In this document: in pieces, positions 28,048 through 37,708 of the stretch
How the letters are laid out: each line of letters opens with the position of its first letter
How positions within the stretch are numbered: the first letter of the stretch is position 1
NCBI GenBank assembly: GCA_964508895.1
Contig: CAZDWF010000002.1
Span: 2,645 to 66,644 of the forward strand
From: an uncultured Bacteroidales bacterium
GTDB taxonomy: Bacteria > Bacteroidota > Bacteroidia > Bacteroidales > B18-G4
Reading direction: 5' to 3'
Length of the DNA: 64,000 bases
Made by a program: the position numbers and the translations under genes
Notes under the pieces: model-generated
The model's database searches: none
What the model was told of the DNA's origin: nothing
The model's input: only the letters and a program-made list of their open reading frames with translations

Positions 28048-29448
28048 CTATTCTATAATTATCTTTTTACTTACACTCCCTTTTTCAGTTTGAACAACAA
28101 CTATGTAGATTCCTGTCTCCAGATTCAGGCTTATGGATTGGTTTTCATTTCTGTTTAATGAATGTGTAGAAACAGACCTTCCTGTCATATCATGAATACT
28201 CACATTTCCTTTTTGATTTTCAGGATTCTGGATATAGAGAGTTTGGTCTGAGGAATACATTTCGATTGCAATTTCTCCATTTTGGAAATCTTCAACAGAT
28301 CCAATACCGGGATCCTGCTTCCACCATGCTAATTCATTATCACCGGAAGCTGATCCGACAATATCCAGGTTTCCGTCACCATCAATATCGGTGGCATAGA
28401 CCGAGGAAGCATCATTATAATTATTGTCAATGGTATGCCTGGTAAAACTCTCGCTACCATTATTTTTCCACCAGCTTATTGAATTATCATCATTACCGGC
28501 AGCCACAACAATATCCATATCTCCATCCCCATCAATATCAGTTGCCAGAGCAGAACAGGCCCCTCCAAGATCACTCGTTATAAGATGCCCGATAAAGTTA
28601 GGAATACTTGCCCCGTTATTCTCCCACCATTTCACGGAACCACTCCATCCATCTCCCGGGTCGGCACCTAGTATATCCGTATCACCATCCCCATCGATAT
28701 CGATGGCAAAAACAGAGCGGCAAAAAAAGGAATCATCTATGACAATTTTAAAGAAGTTCTCATTACCATCATTGTTTATCCACCATGATGTTTCATTGGT
28801 TCCGAAAGCACCGGACCCCACAACATCTGTATGCCCGTCACCATTGAGGTCAGTTGCAAATACAGACCATGGCCCTCCGAAGGAGTTATCGATCGTATGT
28901 TTTGAAAAGGAAGGGATGGCACCTCCATCATTTTTCCACCAATCGATGGTGTTGTTAAAATAAGAACCTCCTACAACATCTGTATGCTGATCGCCATCCA
29001 CATCTGTCGCATGCACAAAATACGCCCCGGCACAATTATCTGTAATGTAGTGCTTTGTAAAAGAAGGAAAGCCTGTGTTTCCATCATTTCTATACCAGGC
29101 AATTGTGCTATCCAATCCTGTTGCACATAATACATCCATATTACCATCTCCATCAATATCAATTGCAAATACTGAATGTGGACCGCCGGATGTAGTATCA
29201 ATATCATACCTTGTAAATTCCTGGTTCCCGTTATTCCTCCACCAGGAAACAAAACCATTATCATTATTCTCATCTGAAGCAGCCAGAATGTCTGTATGTC
29301 CATCGCCATTCAGGTCTGTTGCGTATACCGAACATATACCGGTATATGTATCAGTAATTTTATGTTTATCAAATGATTGCGAAGCAAGGCCAAGGCTCTG
29401 AAGAACTATAAAAAAGGATATAAAGGCTTTTAGTATAAATCTTTTCAT
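28048..29448 (-). CDS. FG-GAP/VCBS repeat protein with T9SS C-terminal sorting domain
   Basis: Signal peptide from MKRFILKAF. Repeated D.DGDG..D Ca-binding/FG-GAP units. C-terminal beta-sandwich tail (LYIQNP...GIYIVVVQTEKG) typical of type A T9SS CTDs. Confidence 0.8.
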   Translation of the reverse strand: MKRFILKAFISFFIVLQSLGLASQSFDKHKITDTYTGICSVYATDLNGDGHTDILAASDENNDNGFVSWWRNNGNQEFTRYDIDTTSGGPHSVFAIDIDGDGNMDVLCATGLDSTIAWYRNDGNTGFPSFTKHYITDNCAGAYFVHATDVDGDQHTDVVGGSYFNNTIDWWKNDGGAIPSFSKHTIDNSFGGPWSVFATDLNGDGHTDVVGSGAFGTNETSWWINNDGNENFFKIVIDDSFFCRSVFAIDIDGDGDTDILGADPGDGWSGSVKWWENNGASIPNFIGHLITSDLGGACSALATDIDGDGDMDIVVAAGNDDNSISWWKNNGSESFTRHTIDNNYNDASSVYATDIDGDGNLDIVGSASGDNELAWWKQDPGIGSVEDFQNGEIAIEMYSSDQTLYIQNPENQKGNVSIHDMTGRSVSTHSLNRNENQSISLNLETGIYIVVVQTEKGSVSKKIIIE

Positions 29449-29458
29449 GATGCTTTTT

Positions 29459-30892
29459 TTAATGTATCCATATTTTATCACAAACCATTCCTTTATTTGT
29501 CTGTATAGAAACTATATATATGCCTACTTCAGGATGCAGCCTTATCGACTGATTTAAATTTCCATTTAATGTGTATTCCAAAACTGAGCTTCCCTTCACA
29601 TTATAAATACTTATAGTTCCTTTTAGATATTCAGGATTCCGTATATAAAGTGTCTGCTTTGAGTAATATGAACTTATTGCTATTTTATCATATTGAAAAT
29701 CTTCAACAGATCCAATACCAGGCTCTTGTTTCCACCAGGCAATTTCAGAATTATTTGCATCAGAAGCGACGATATCTATATCTCCATCCCCATCAATATC
29801 TGTTGCATATATCGATTCTGAAAATTCGAAATTATCATCAATAGTGTATTTAGTAAATCCCGGTACAGGAGAGGTTTTATCATTTTTCCACCATAAGACA
29901 TCTGAATTCTGATCATTTCCTGCAGTACCAAGCACATCAGTATGGCCATCCCCGTTTACATCGGTTGCATAAACAGCCCATGCACCATCAATGCTTGAAA
30001 TATTATAGCCAGTAAAGCTGGGGTAAAATATATAACTACCATCATTCTTCCACCATTTTATAATACCGTCAAATACCGCAGCACCAACTACATCAGTATA
30101 TCCATCTCCATCCAGGTCTGTTGCATAGACTGATTGGGCTCCATTGAAATCATCATCAATGGTAGTTTTTGAAAAACTTTCAGAACCATCATTTACCCAG
30201 ACGGCAATCTCATTATCATCTCCTGCTGCACCAAATACATCTATATCCCCATCACCTTCCAGGTCTGTTGCATACACTTGTTGTGGGCCGCCAATATTAT
30301 CATCAATAACATGTTTTGTAAATATTACATTTCCATCAATGACACTGTCGTTCTCCCACCAATCAATTGAATTACCCATATCCGATGCGGTGAGCACATC
30401 ACAATCCCCATCACCATCTAAATCGGTTGCATAAACAGAGGTTGGGCTGTTATAACCCGTATCGATGACATGTTGCGTAAAAACTACAACTGTATCATTT
30501 ATAATACTGTCGTTCTCCCACCAGCATACCTGATTAGCCCAAAATGCTGTGCCAAGAACATCGGTATCACCATCTCCGTCAACATCAGTAGCATAAACAG
30601 AACTTGCACCCAGAAAACCAATGGCTATAATATTTTTATGAAAAATAATATTTCCAGGCTTCGAAGTATCTGTTCGCCACCAATTAATATATCCATTTGT
30701 TCCGTTATCAAATGAAGCACCTAAAATATCGTTGAGCCCATCCCCATTCACATCAGCAGCAAATACAGCTGAAGGTTGAGGAAAGCTAGTTGTAACAATA
30801 TGTTTGGTGAAATTTTGAGAGAGAATACTTATGCTCAACAGAAGCATTGATAAGCATAATAATGCTTTAATCGTAGTAAGTTTCATAGGCAA
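29459..30892 (-). CDS. FG-GAP/VCBS repeat protein with T9SS C-terminal sorting domain (paralogue)
   Basis: Same architecture as 28048-29448. C-terminal tail LYIRNP...GIYIVSIQTNKG. Confidence 0.8.
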   Translation of the reverse strand: MPMKLTTIKALLCLSMLLLSISILSQNFTKHIVTTSFPQPSAVFAADVNGDGLNDILGASFDNGTNGYINWWRTDTSKPGNIIFHKNIIAIGFLGASSVYATDVDGDGDTDVLGTAFWANQVCWWENDSIINDTVVVFTQHVIDTGYNSPTSVYATDLDGDGDCDVLTASDMGNSIDWWENDSVIDGNVIFTKHVIDDNIGGPQQVYATDLEGDGDIDVFGAAGDDNEIAVWVNDGSESFSKTTIDDDFNGAQSVYATDLDGDGYTDVVGAAVFDGIIKWWKNDGSYIFYPSFTGYNISSIDGAWAVYATDVNGDGHTDVLGTAGNDQNSDVLWWKNDKTSPVPGFTKYTIDDNFEFSESIYATDIDGDGDIDIVASDANNSEIAWWKQEPGIGSVEDFQYDKIAISSYYSKQTLYIRNPEYLKGTISIYNVKGSSVLEYTLNGNLNQSIRLHPEVGIYIVSIQTNKGMVCDKIWIH

Positions 30893-31042
30893 TAAAATAT
30901 TAGATTCAGGTAAAATTGAATTTACTAAGATAGTTAAAAGAAAGTTGCAAGCCGCAAGTAGTCAGCTTTGCAATCTGAAGCCTTGGTGAAGGATGGCTTG
31001 CATTTTGTTTATTGCTAATTGATTATTATCTTTATTCAAATC

Positions 31043-33088
31043 ATGAAAAAACATCTACTTATCTTCTTCATCCTTTTCTCTCTTTCTGCATATACACAAT
31101 GGGAATGGCAAAATCCACTGCCACAAGGAAATACCATTAAAGCTGTTGAAATAATTGATGCTGATAATATCTGGGCAGTTGGTGATTGCGGAACAGTAAT
31201 TCACACTGAAGATGGTGGTGATTCATGGGAATTGCATTTCCTGGGTACTTATTCGAATTTACGGGATATTGGATTTATAAATAATGTTGGTTTCATATTA
31301 GGTGAAAACGGGGTATTGATGAGAACAATAGACGTAGGATTAAACTGGGAATCTCTTAACGACAGCATAGGTAAAACATTCACATGCATAGAAAAGAATA
31401 GCAATACATTCTGGATCGCAGGATTTGAATTTACTGGTTTTATAAAGAAAACTATGGATAGTGGAAATAGCTGGATGAACAAATCACTTCAATACACTAC
31501 TATAAGTCTCGAGGTCCAATTTGTTAATGACTCGGTAGGATGGATTTTAGGTAATCAAATGTATACAACAACAAATGGAGGAGATTACTGGCAGTTCAGG
31601 TATCATAGCCCTCCTAATAAATACAAAAAGCTTTTCTTTCTTGACGAAAAGAACGGATGGTTCAATGTTTTAGAAACATTGTATCATACTTACGATGGAG
31701 GGACCACCTGGGAAACACAATTCAACCTGGAGTATCATAGTATATTTGACATGTGTTTTATTGATTCTTTAACAGGTTGGCATGTAGGTAATCAAAATTA
31801 TATGCAGGTCTTTGAAACTACAGATGGTGGTGTCAATTGGTATGAAGACTTTTCTTCTGGAACAGGCCGTCTATACACAATTGAAAAATTCAACGATTCC
31901 ATCATATGGTCTGCCGGATCTTTCGGTCAAATGCATATGTCTGTGGATACGGCTGGCTGGATAACAAAAACAAAAGGATCTATTCTTGGTATATCTCAGA
32001 TTTATTTCATTGATCAAAACACTGGTTGGGCAATAAATAATGAACTAATCTTAAAAACAGAGAACAGTGGTCTGGAATGGGATACTATCATATTTGATAA
32101 ATATAACCGGAAAAGTGACATATATTTTTATAACGATCAAAATGGCTGGTTAATTGATTTCTATGGAATCAAAAAAACCGTAAACGGTGGAAATACCTGG
32201 GAGTATATGGATAGTATTTATTTCTTAAATAAGCTTTCATTTATAACTCCCAAATACGGCTGGGCAATAGGAGACTATGGAAAGATTTTTCACACAGAGG
32301 ATTGGGGAAATACCTGGGTAAAGCAAGATATTCAATTGAATCGAAATCTAAATAGCGTTCAGTTCAAATCAATTGAAAAGGGTTGGACAGTTGGCAATAA
32401 TGGTACTATACTTTACACAAAAGATGGAGGAGATAATTGGGAATCACAGATTAGTGCAACAGAAAGTGACCTCATGGATTTATTCTTTGTAAATCTGATA
32501 AATGGATGGGTTGTTGGTGACAATGGAGTAATTCTCAAAACCGAAAATGGAGGTGAATCATGGGAACATCAAAACTCAAATACAAGCAGAAAAATCAGAG
32601 CCGTGCACTTTACAGATCACAATACCGGATGGGCTGTCGGTAATTCTGGTTTAATACTTCATACTATAAATGGCGGAGAAGATTGGATAGAAAAGATATC
32701 TCCATCTAATAATACTTTTTATTGCACACATTTTTTCGATGAAAACATTGGCTGGATTGGTGGGTCGGGTGGAAATATTATATATACTTCAAATGGAGGT
32801 ATTGTTAACACTGAAGATAACCCGACTCAAGATTTTAATCGCGTTTCAATTGTATTTCCCAATCCATTTTCAACTTTTACCCGGATTAAATATTCTTCTG
32901 TTTCGAACTCAAAGATCCATATCCATATTTTCAACTCATCCGGAGGTCTAATACATTCAAATATATCTACTCAGAGCGCAGGCACACATGAATACCACTG
33001 GAATTCCCAAGAGTATCCAGCCGGGATTTATTATTATCGGATTCAAATCAATAATGAATCTTTTGCTGGAAAAATGATAAAATTATAG
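31043..33088 (+). CDS. BNR/Ycf48-like beta-propeller repeat protein with T9SS C-terminal sorting domain
   Basis: Signal peptide MKKHLLIFFILFSLSAYTQ. Many T.DGG..W(E) BNR-like repeats. CTD begins VFPNPF. Confidence 0.75.
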   Translation: MKKHLLIFFILFSLSAYTQWEWQNPLPQGNTIKAVEIIDADNIWAVGDCGTVIHTEDGGDSWELHFLGTYSNLRDIGFINNVGFILGENGVLMRTIDVGLNWESLNDSIGKTFTCIEKNSNTFWIAGFEFTGFIKKTMDSGNSWMNKSLQYTTISLEVQFVNDSVGWILGNQMYTTTNGGDYWQFRYHSPPNKYKKLFFLDEKNGWFNVLETLYHTYDGGTTWETQFNLEYHSIFDMCFIDSLTGWHVGNQNYMQVFETTDGGVNWYEDFSSGTGRLYTIEKFNDSIIWSAGSFGQMHMSVDTAGWITKTKGSILGISQIYFIDQNTGWAINNELILKTENSGLEWDTIIFDKYNRKSDIYFYNDQNGWLIDFYGIKKTVNGGNTWEYMDSIYFLNKLSFITPKYGWAIGDYGKIFHTEDWGNTWVKQDIQLNRNLNSVQFKSIEKGWTVGNNGTILYTKDGGDNWESQISATESDLMDLFFVNLINGWVVGDNGVILKTENGGESWEHQNSNTSRKIRAVHFTDHNTGWAVGNSGLILHTINGGEDWIEKISPSNNTFYCTHFFDENIGWIGGSGGNIIYTSNGGIVNTEDNPTQDFNRVSIVFPNPFSTFTRIKYSSVSNSKIHIHIFNSSGGLIHSNISTQSAGTHEYHWNSQEYPAGIYYYRIQINNESFAGKMIKL

Positions 33089-33105
33089 AATACATTCATA
33101 ATATC

Positions 33106-33123
33106 ACCCCTTCGGGGTTTTGG
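33106..33123 (+). terminator. Short GC hairpin with UUCG loop and T-run
   Basis: The sequence acccc-ttcg-ggggt followed by tttgg lies 18 nt after the stop of 31043-33088. Confidence 0.5.
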
Positions 33124-33190
33124 CTCTCTTATCAATCTTTCATGCAAATTTTGTATCGCTCCTAACGAAGCTGATTATATTTTACACTGA

Positions 33191-33232
33191 ACCCTAACAC
33201 CCAGTACCCAGAGCCTAGAACCAAGAATCCAG
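33191..33232. repeat. Heptad array NACCNAG
   Basis: Units: accctaa cacccag tacccag agcctag aaccaag aatccag. Confidence 0.75.
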
Positions 33233-33293
33233 AAAGAGTGATATTATTTATTCAAACAAATATTCCATATCTTTATAAGAAATCTATCAAATA

Positions 33294-35339
33294 ATGAGAG
33301 TATTTCTCATCCTGATTTTCATTACTATTTCCTGTTTTTATTCATTTTCACAATGGGAATGGCAAAATCCTTTGCCGCAGGGTAATACAATCAAGGCTGT
33401 TGAAATTATTGATCCTTTCAATGTATGGATGGCTGGTGATTGCGGAACACTAATGTATTCCGGAGATGGTGGCAATACCCTGGAAGTTATTCCACTTGGC
33501 ACAAAGGAACATCTGTGGGACATAAGGTTTATTAAATCCGATACGGGAATTATTGCAGGTGAGAATGGAGCATTATTCAATACTATTGATGGTGGATTAA
33601 ACTGGGAAGCCTGGTATATATTGCAGGATAAATCTTTTACCTGTATCGACAATTACGGGAAGAATACCTGGGTTGGCGGATATGATTCAGCAGCATTCGT
33701 AATGAAATCTGATGATTTTGGAGTAAGCTGGCAAACTCATTATCTGTCAGGAGGAAAGAAAACTTACGATATCCATTTTATAAATGATACCCTGGGGTGG
33801 GCTGCCGGAGAGTATATATATAAAACCACCGATGGAGGAAATAACTGGGAATTGCATATGTATACACCTCAATGGGATTATAAGAAAATTTTATTCCTCG
33901 ATGAAAATATAGGATGGTTTAACGATAAAAGACATATCTATCATACAAATGATGGTGGTCAGAGTTGGTCTCAGCAAATCACTCATCAATATTCAAATAT
34001 TTATGATTTATTCTTCGAGGACAGCCTCAATGGTTGGCATGTGGCATATGGTCATATTTATAAAACTACGGATGGAGGAATTAACTGGAATCTCACGCAA
34101 TATAACTCAGGAATATTATACACTATAGTTAGCTATGATAAGAATATTGCATGGTCAGCTGGACAAGGAGGTCGTATCTATAACACTCTGGATGGCATAA
34201 ACTGGTCATTACTGGTAAATGGTTATATAGGCACTATAAAGCAAATACAATTTCTTGACATCAATATCGGATGGTCGGTAAACAATGAATACATACTGAA
34301 AACAAATAATGGAGGATTAGACTGGGAAATACTTTGTAATTCACCTTACCACTATAATAGAGATTTATATTTTATAGATTCACTAAAAGGTTGGCTACTA
34401 TCAATGGATGGGATCTATGTGACGTATAATGGTGGAATTGAATGGGAGTATGAATTCTATACTCCCACTGGAAAAGATCTTAATGACTTTACTTTTCTAA
34501 CAGAAGATATTGCCTGGGCAGCGGGAAATTCCGGATATATTGTGCACTTGAAAAATGGGATATGGGTGGAGCAAGAATATTATACATATGATCATCTGTA
34601 TGGAATATGCTTCAATTCTGATTTGTCTGGTTGTGCGGTAGGCAAAAATGGAACTATCATTTATACTCATGACGGTGGGGAAACCTGGGAGCAATATAAT
34701 ACTGATACCACTGAACTTCTACGAGATGTGTTTTTTATCAATGTCCAGACAGGTTGGATTTGTGGTTATAATGGCATATTGATGAAAAGTACAAATGCCG
34801 GTGAATCCTGGGAGTATCAATATTCTAATGTAAAAGGGGATCTAATTGCTCTGCATTTCTTAGACCATAACCATGGATGGGTTGTAGGAGATTCAGGATT
34901 GTTACTACATACAAATAATGGTGGAGATACCTGGACAATTCTGAATACTGAAACTACTAATAGATTAAATTGTATTTATTTTACAGATCTGGATAATGGT
35001 TGGATAAGTGGGCATGACGGTACAATCCTGTATACCAGCAATGGAGGAGCAGTGTGGAGTGAAGAAATTCAGGAAACAGTTGTAAATAAGTCAATCAATG
35101 TATTTCCAAACCCATTCAAAGAATCTACCTGCTTTGTCTATAATACCCTGTATGCTAATAGGAAAGTAATTATTCAGATTTTCAATTTCTCTGGGAAGAT
35201 TATTTATTCCACTGCACTCTTCCAGGGTATTGGAAGTCATGAATACCACTGGAATTCCCAAGAGTATCCGGCCGGGATTTATTATTATCGGATTCAAATT
35301 GGTGGCGAAGTGTTTGCGGGGAAGATGGTGAAGATGTAG
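33294..35339 (+). CDS. BNR/Ycf48-like beta-propeller repeat protein with T9SS C-terminal sorting domain (paralogue)
   Basis: Same architecture as 31043-33088. Termini are near-identical to the paralogue. Confidence 0.75.
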   Translation: MRVFLILIFITISCFYSFSQWEWQNPLPQGNTIKAVEIIDPFNVWMAGDCGTLMYSGDGGNTLEVIPLGTKEHLWDIRFIKSDTGIIAGENGALFNTIDGGLNWEAWYILQDKSFTCIDNYGKNTWVGGYDSAAFVMKSDDFGVSWQTHYLSGGKKTYDIHFINDTLGWAAGEYIYKTTDGGNNWELHMYTPQWDYKKILFLDENIGWFNDKRHIYHTNDGGQSWSQQITHQYSNIYDLFFEDSLNGWHVAYGHIYKTTDGGINWNLTQYNSGILYTIVSYDKNIAWSAGQGGRIYNTLDGINWSLLVNGYIGTIKQIQFLDINIGWSVNNEYILKTNNGGLDWEILCNSPYHYNRDLYFIDSLKGWLLSMDGIYVTYNGGIEWEYEFYTPTGKDLNDFTFLTEDIAWAAGNSGYIVHLKNGIWVEQEYYTYDHLYGICFNSDLSGCAVGKNGTIIYTHDGGETWEQYNTDTTELLRDVFFINVQTGWICGYNGILMKSTNAGESWEYQYSNVKGDLIALHFLDHNHGWVVGDSGLLLHTNNGGDTWTILNTETTNRLNCIYFTDLDNGWISGHDGTILYTSNGGAVWSEEIQETVVNKSINVFPNPFKESTCFVYNTLYANRKVIIQIFNFSGKIIYSTALFQGIGSHEYHWNSQEYPAGIYYYRIQIGGEVFAGKMVKM

Positions 35340-35452
35340 ATGTCGGATAATCACAATAACTAATCATCAATCGAGTTTTGGCAATTTAATTATTGATTGT
35401 CAATAAGTTATTAGTAATGTTAAATTTGCCTGAAGATCTATCTACACCAAAA

Positions 35453-35468
35453 ACCCAGTAACCCAGTA
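35453..35468. repeat. ACCCAGTA x2 (8-nt unit variant of the CCCAGT family)
   Basis: Units: acccagta acccagta. Shares acccagtacc with 33199-33208. Confidence 0.6.
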
Positions 35469-35493
35469 CCTACAATATTACTTGTGCAAACTT

Positions 35494-35533
35494 TCAGGAG
35501 TCTGGCATCTGGTGTCCGGAATCCGGGCATCTA
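35494..35533. repeat. Heptad array NNTCYGG (inverted relative of 27962-28003)
   Basis: Units: agtctgg catctgg tgtccgg aatccgg gcatcta. The reverse complement of 35494-35522 matches 27968-27996 at 25/29 positions. The last unit holds the mutB stop. Confidence 0.8.
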
Positions 35534-37708
35534 TCTCCTCGACTCAATCAGAATCTCCAGCAGCTTAATCCCCGCATCAGAAATAACCGTTCCCGGTCCG
35601 AAGATAGCAACGGCGCCTGCTTTGTACAGGAAATCATAATCCTGTGGTGGTATCACTCCGCCGACGATCACCATGATGTCTTCGCGACCAAGCTTTTTGA
35701 GTTCTTCTATGAGTTGTGGAACGAGGGTTTTATGTCCTGCTGCCAAACTTGATACCCCAACAATATGCACATCATTTTCAACGGCCTGGCGGGCAGTTTC
35801 TGCAGGGGTTTGAAACAATGGTCCGACGTCTACATCAAAGCCTATATCTGCAAAACCAGTAGCCACCACTTTCTCTCCCCTGTCGTGGCCATCCTGTCCC
35901 ATTTTAGCAACCATAATCCTTGGCCTTCTGCCTTCCATTTTCGCAAATTTATCTGCTAATTCGCATGCTTTGTTAAAGCTTGCATCATCTTTTGATTCTG
36001 AGGAATATACCCCTGAAATGGATCGTATCACTGCTTTATACCTCCCAAATATTTTTTCACAGGCCATGGAGATCTCTCCCAGCGTGGCTCTCTTTTGTGT
36101 TGCAATAACAGCAAGGGCCAGCAAGTTTCCTTCTCCTGTTTCACAAGATTTAGTAATGTCTTCCAGTGCCTCCCGGACTTCCTGCTCGTTTCTGTTTTCT
36201 CTAAGATAATTAATTCTTTTGATCTGTGTTTCACGCACTGCCGTATTATCCACTTCCAGGGTTTCAATAGGATCTTCCTTTTCCAACCTGTATTTGTTAA
36301 CACCAACGATAGTGTCTTTATGAGAATCTATCCTTGCCTGCTTACGAGCGGCTGCTTCCTCTATCCTCATTTTTGGTATTCCTGTTTCTATGGCTTTTGC
36401 CATGCCACCCAACTCCTCTATCTCCTGAATGTGTTCCCAGGCTTTTTGAGCGATCTCGTTGGTAAGTGATTCTACATAATATGAACCGGCCCATGGATCC
36501 ACATCGCGGCATATCTGTGTCTCTTCCTGAATATATATCTGTGTATTTCTTGCAATACGGGCAGAGAAATCTGTTGGCAGGGCAATCGCTTCATCAAGTG
36601 CATTGGTATGCAAACTCTGTGTTCCGCCCAGTGCTGCTCCCATAGCTTCTACACAGGTACGAGCCACATTGTTGAAAGGACCCTGCTCGGTGAGGCTCCA
36701 TCCTGATGTCTGGCAATGTGTTCTTAAAGCCATGGATTTAGGATTCTTCGGATTGAACTGCTTAACGATCTTTGCCCAGAGCATGCGGGCGGCTCTCATC
36801 TTGGCAATCTCCATAAAATGATTCATGCCAATTCCCCAGAAAAATGATAGCCGTGGAGCGAAGGCATCTATATCCATACCCGCTTTGATACCAGTACGGA
36901 TATATTCCAGTCCGTCAGCAAGAGTATATCCCAGCTCAATATCGGCTGTTGCACCGGCTTCCTGCATATGGTAACCACTAATACTTATGGAGTTGAACTT
37001 AGGCATATTCTTAGAGGCATACTCAAATATATCAGAGATGATCCTCATCGAAGGCAAGGGTGGATAGATATATGTGTTCCTTACCATGAATTCTTTCAGG
37101 ATGTCGTTCTGTATGGTTCCGGCCAGTTGATCCAGCTTCACTCCCTGTTCCAGTGCTGCGACAATATAAAACGCCATAATTGGAAGTACAGCACCGTTCA
37201 TGGTCATGGAGACAGACATTTTATCCAGCGGAATACCTTTAAACAGGATTTCCATATCCAGGATGGAATCTACAGCCACACCTGCTTTACCAACATCACC
37301 CACTACTCTTTCATGATCTGAGTCGTAGCCGCGATGGGTTGCCAGGTCGAATGCAATGGAAAGACCTTTTTGTCCGGCAGCAAGGTTTCTCCTGTAAAAA
37401 GCATTGGAATCTTCTGCGGTGGAAAATCCTGCATACTGACGGATTGTCCACGGACGACTTACATACATGGTAGAATAAGGTCCGCGTAAAAAAGGTGGTA
37501 TGCCCGCTGCAAAATCAAGATGCTCCAGCTTGAGAAGGTCATCTTTAGTAAATACTGCCTTAAGGTCTATCTTTTCAGGAGTTTGCCAGTCGGCTTTTAT
37601 ATAGTTTTCATGTTCCCACTCAGGAATAATCTTAGCTGACCCTTTGATACTATTAAAATCTATATGTTGAAAATTAGGCTTCATTTTCATACTGTTATCA
37701 ATTTTCAA
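35531..37708 (-). CDS. mutB: Methylmalonyl-CoA mutase large (catalytic, B12-binding) subunit
   Basis: Strong family similarity throughout. C-terminal cobalamin-binding motif GQDGHDRG (DxHxxG). The start could instead be a downstream Met (MKMKPNF). Confidence 0.9.
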   Translation of the reverse strand: MKIDNSMKMKPNFQHIDFNSIKGSAKIIPEWEHENYIKADWQTPEKIDLKAVFTKDDLLKLEHLDFAAGIPPFLRGPYSTMYVSRPWTIRQYAGFSTAEDSNAFYRRNLAAGQKGLSIAFDLATHRGYDSDHERVVGDVGKAGVAVDSILDMEILFKGIPLDKMSVSMTMNGAVLPIMAFYIVAALEQGVKLDQLAGTIQNDILKEFMVRNTYIYPPLPSMRIISDIFEYASKNMPKFNSISISGYHMQEAGATADIELGYTLADGLEYIRTGIKAGMDIDAFAPRLSFFWGIGMNHFMEIAKMRAARMLWAKIVKQFNPKNPKSMALRTHCQTSGWSLTEQGPFNNVARTCVEAMGAALGGTQSLHTNALDEAIALPTDFSARIARNTQIYIQEETQICRDVDPWAGSYYVESLTNEIAQKAWEHIQEIEELGGMAKAIETGIPKMRIEEAAARKQARIDSHKDTIVGVNKYRLEKEDPIETLEVDNTAVRETQIKRINYLRENRNEQEVREALEDITKSCETGEGNLLALAVIATQKRATLGEISMACEKIFGRYKAVIRSISGVYSSESKDDASFNKACELADKFAKMEGRRPRIMVAKMGQDGHDRGEKVVATGFADIGFDVDVGPLFQTPAETARQAVENDVHIVGVSSLAAGHKTLVPQLIEELKKLGREDIMVIVGGVIPPQDYDFLYKAGAVAIFGPGTVISDAGIKLLEILIESRR

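Noticed and set aside
28424-28963. 179-aa ORF on the plus strand inside the FG-GAP gene. Similar long antisense ORFs occur at 24710-25197, 29075-29401, 30144-30434, 36095-36469 and 37932-38378.
   Set aside because: These are shadow ORFs opposite strongly supported genes. Their low-complexity SPSPSIS-type translations mirror the repeated D.DGDG codons. None has an independent motif or start context.
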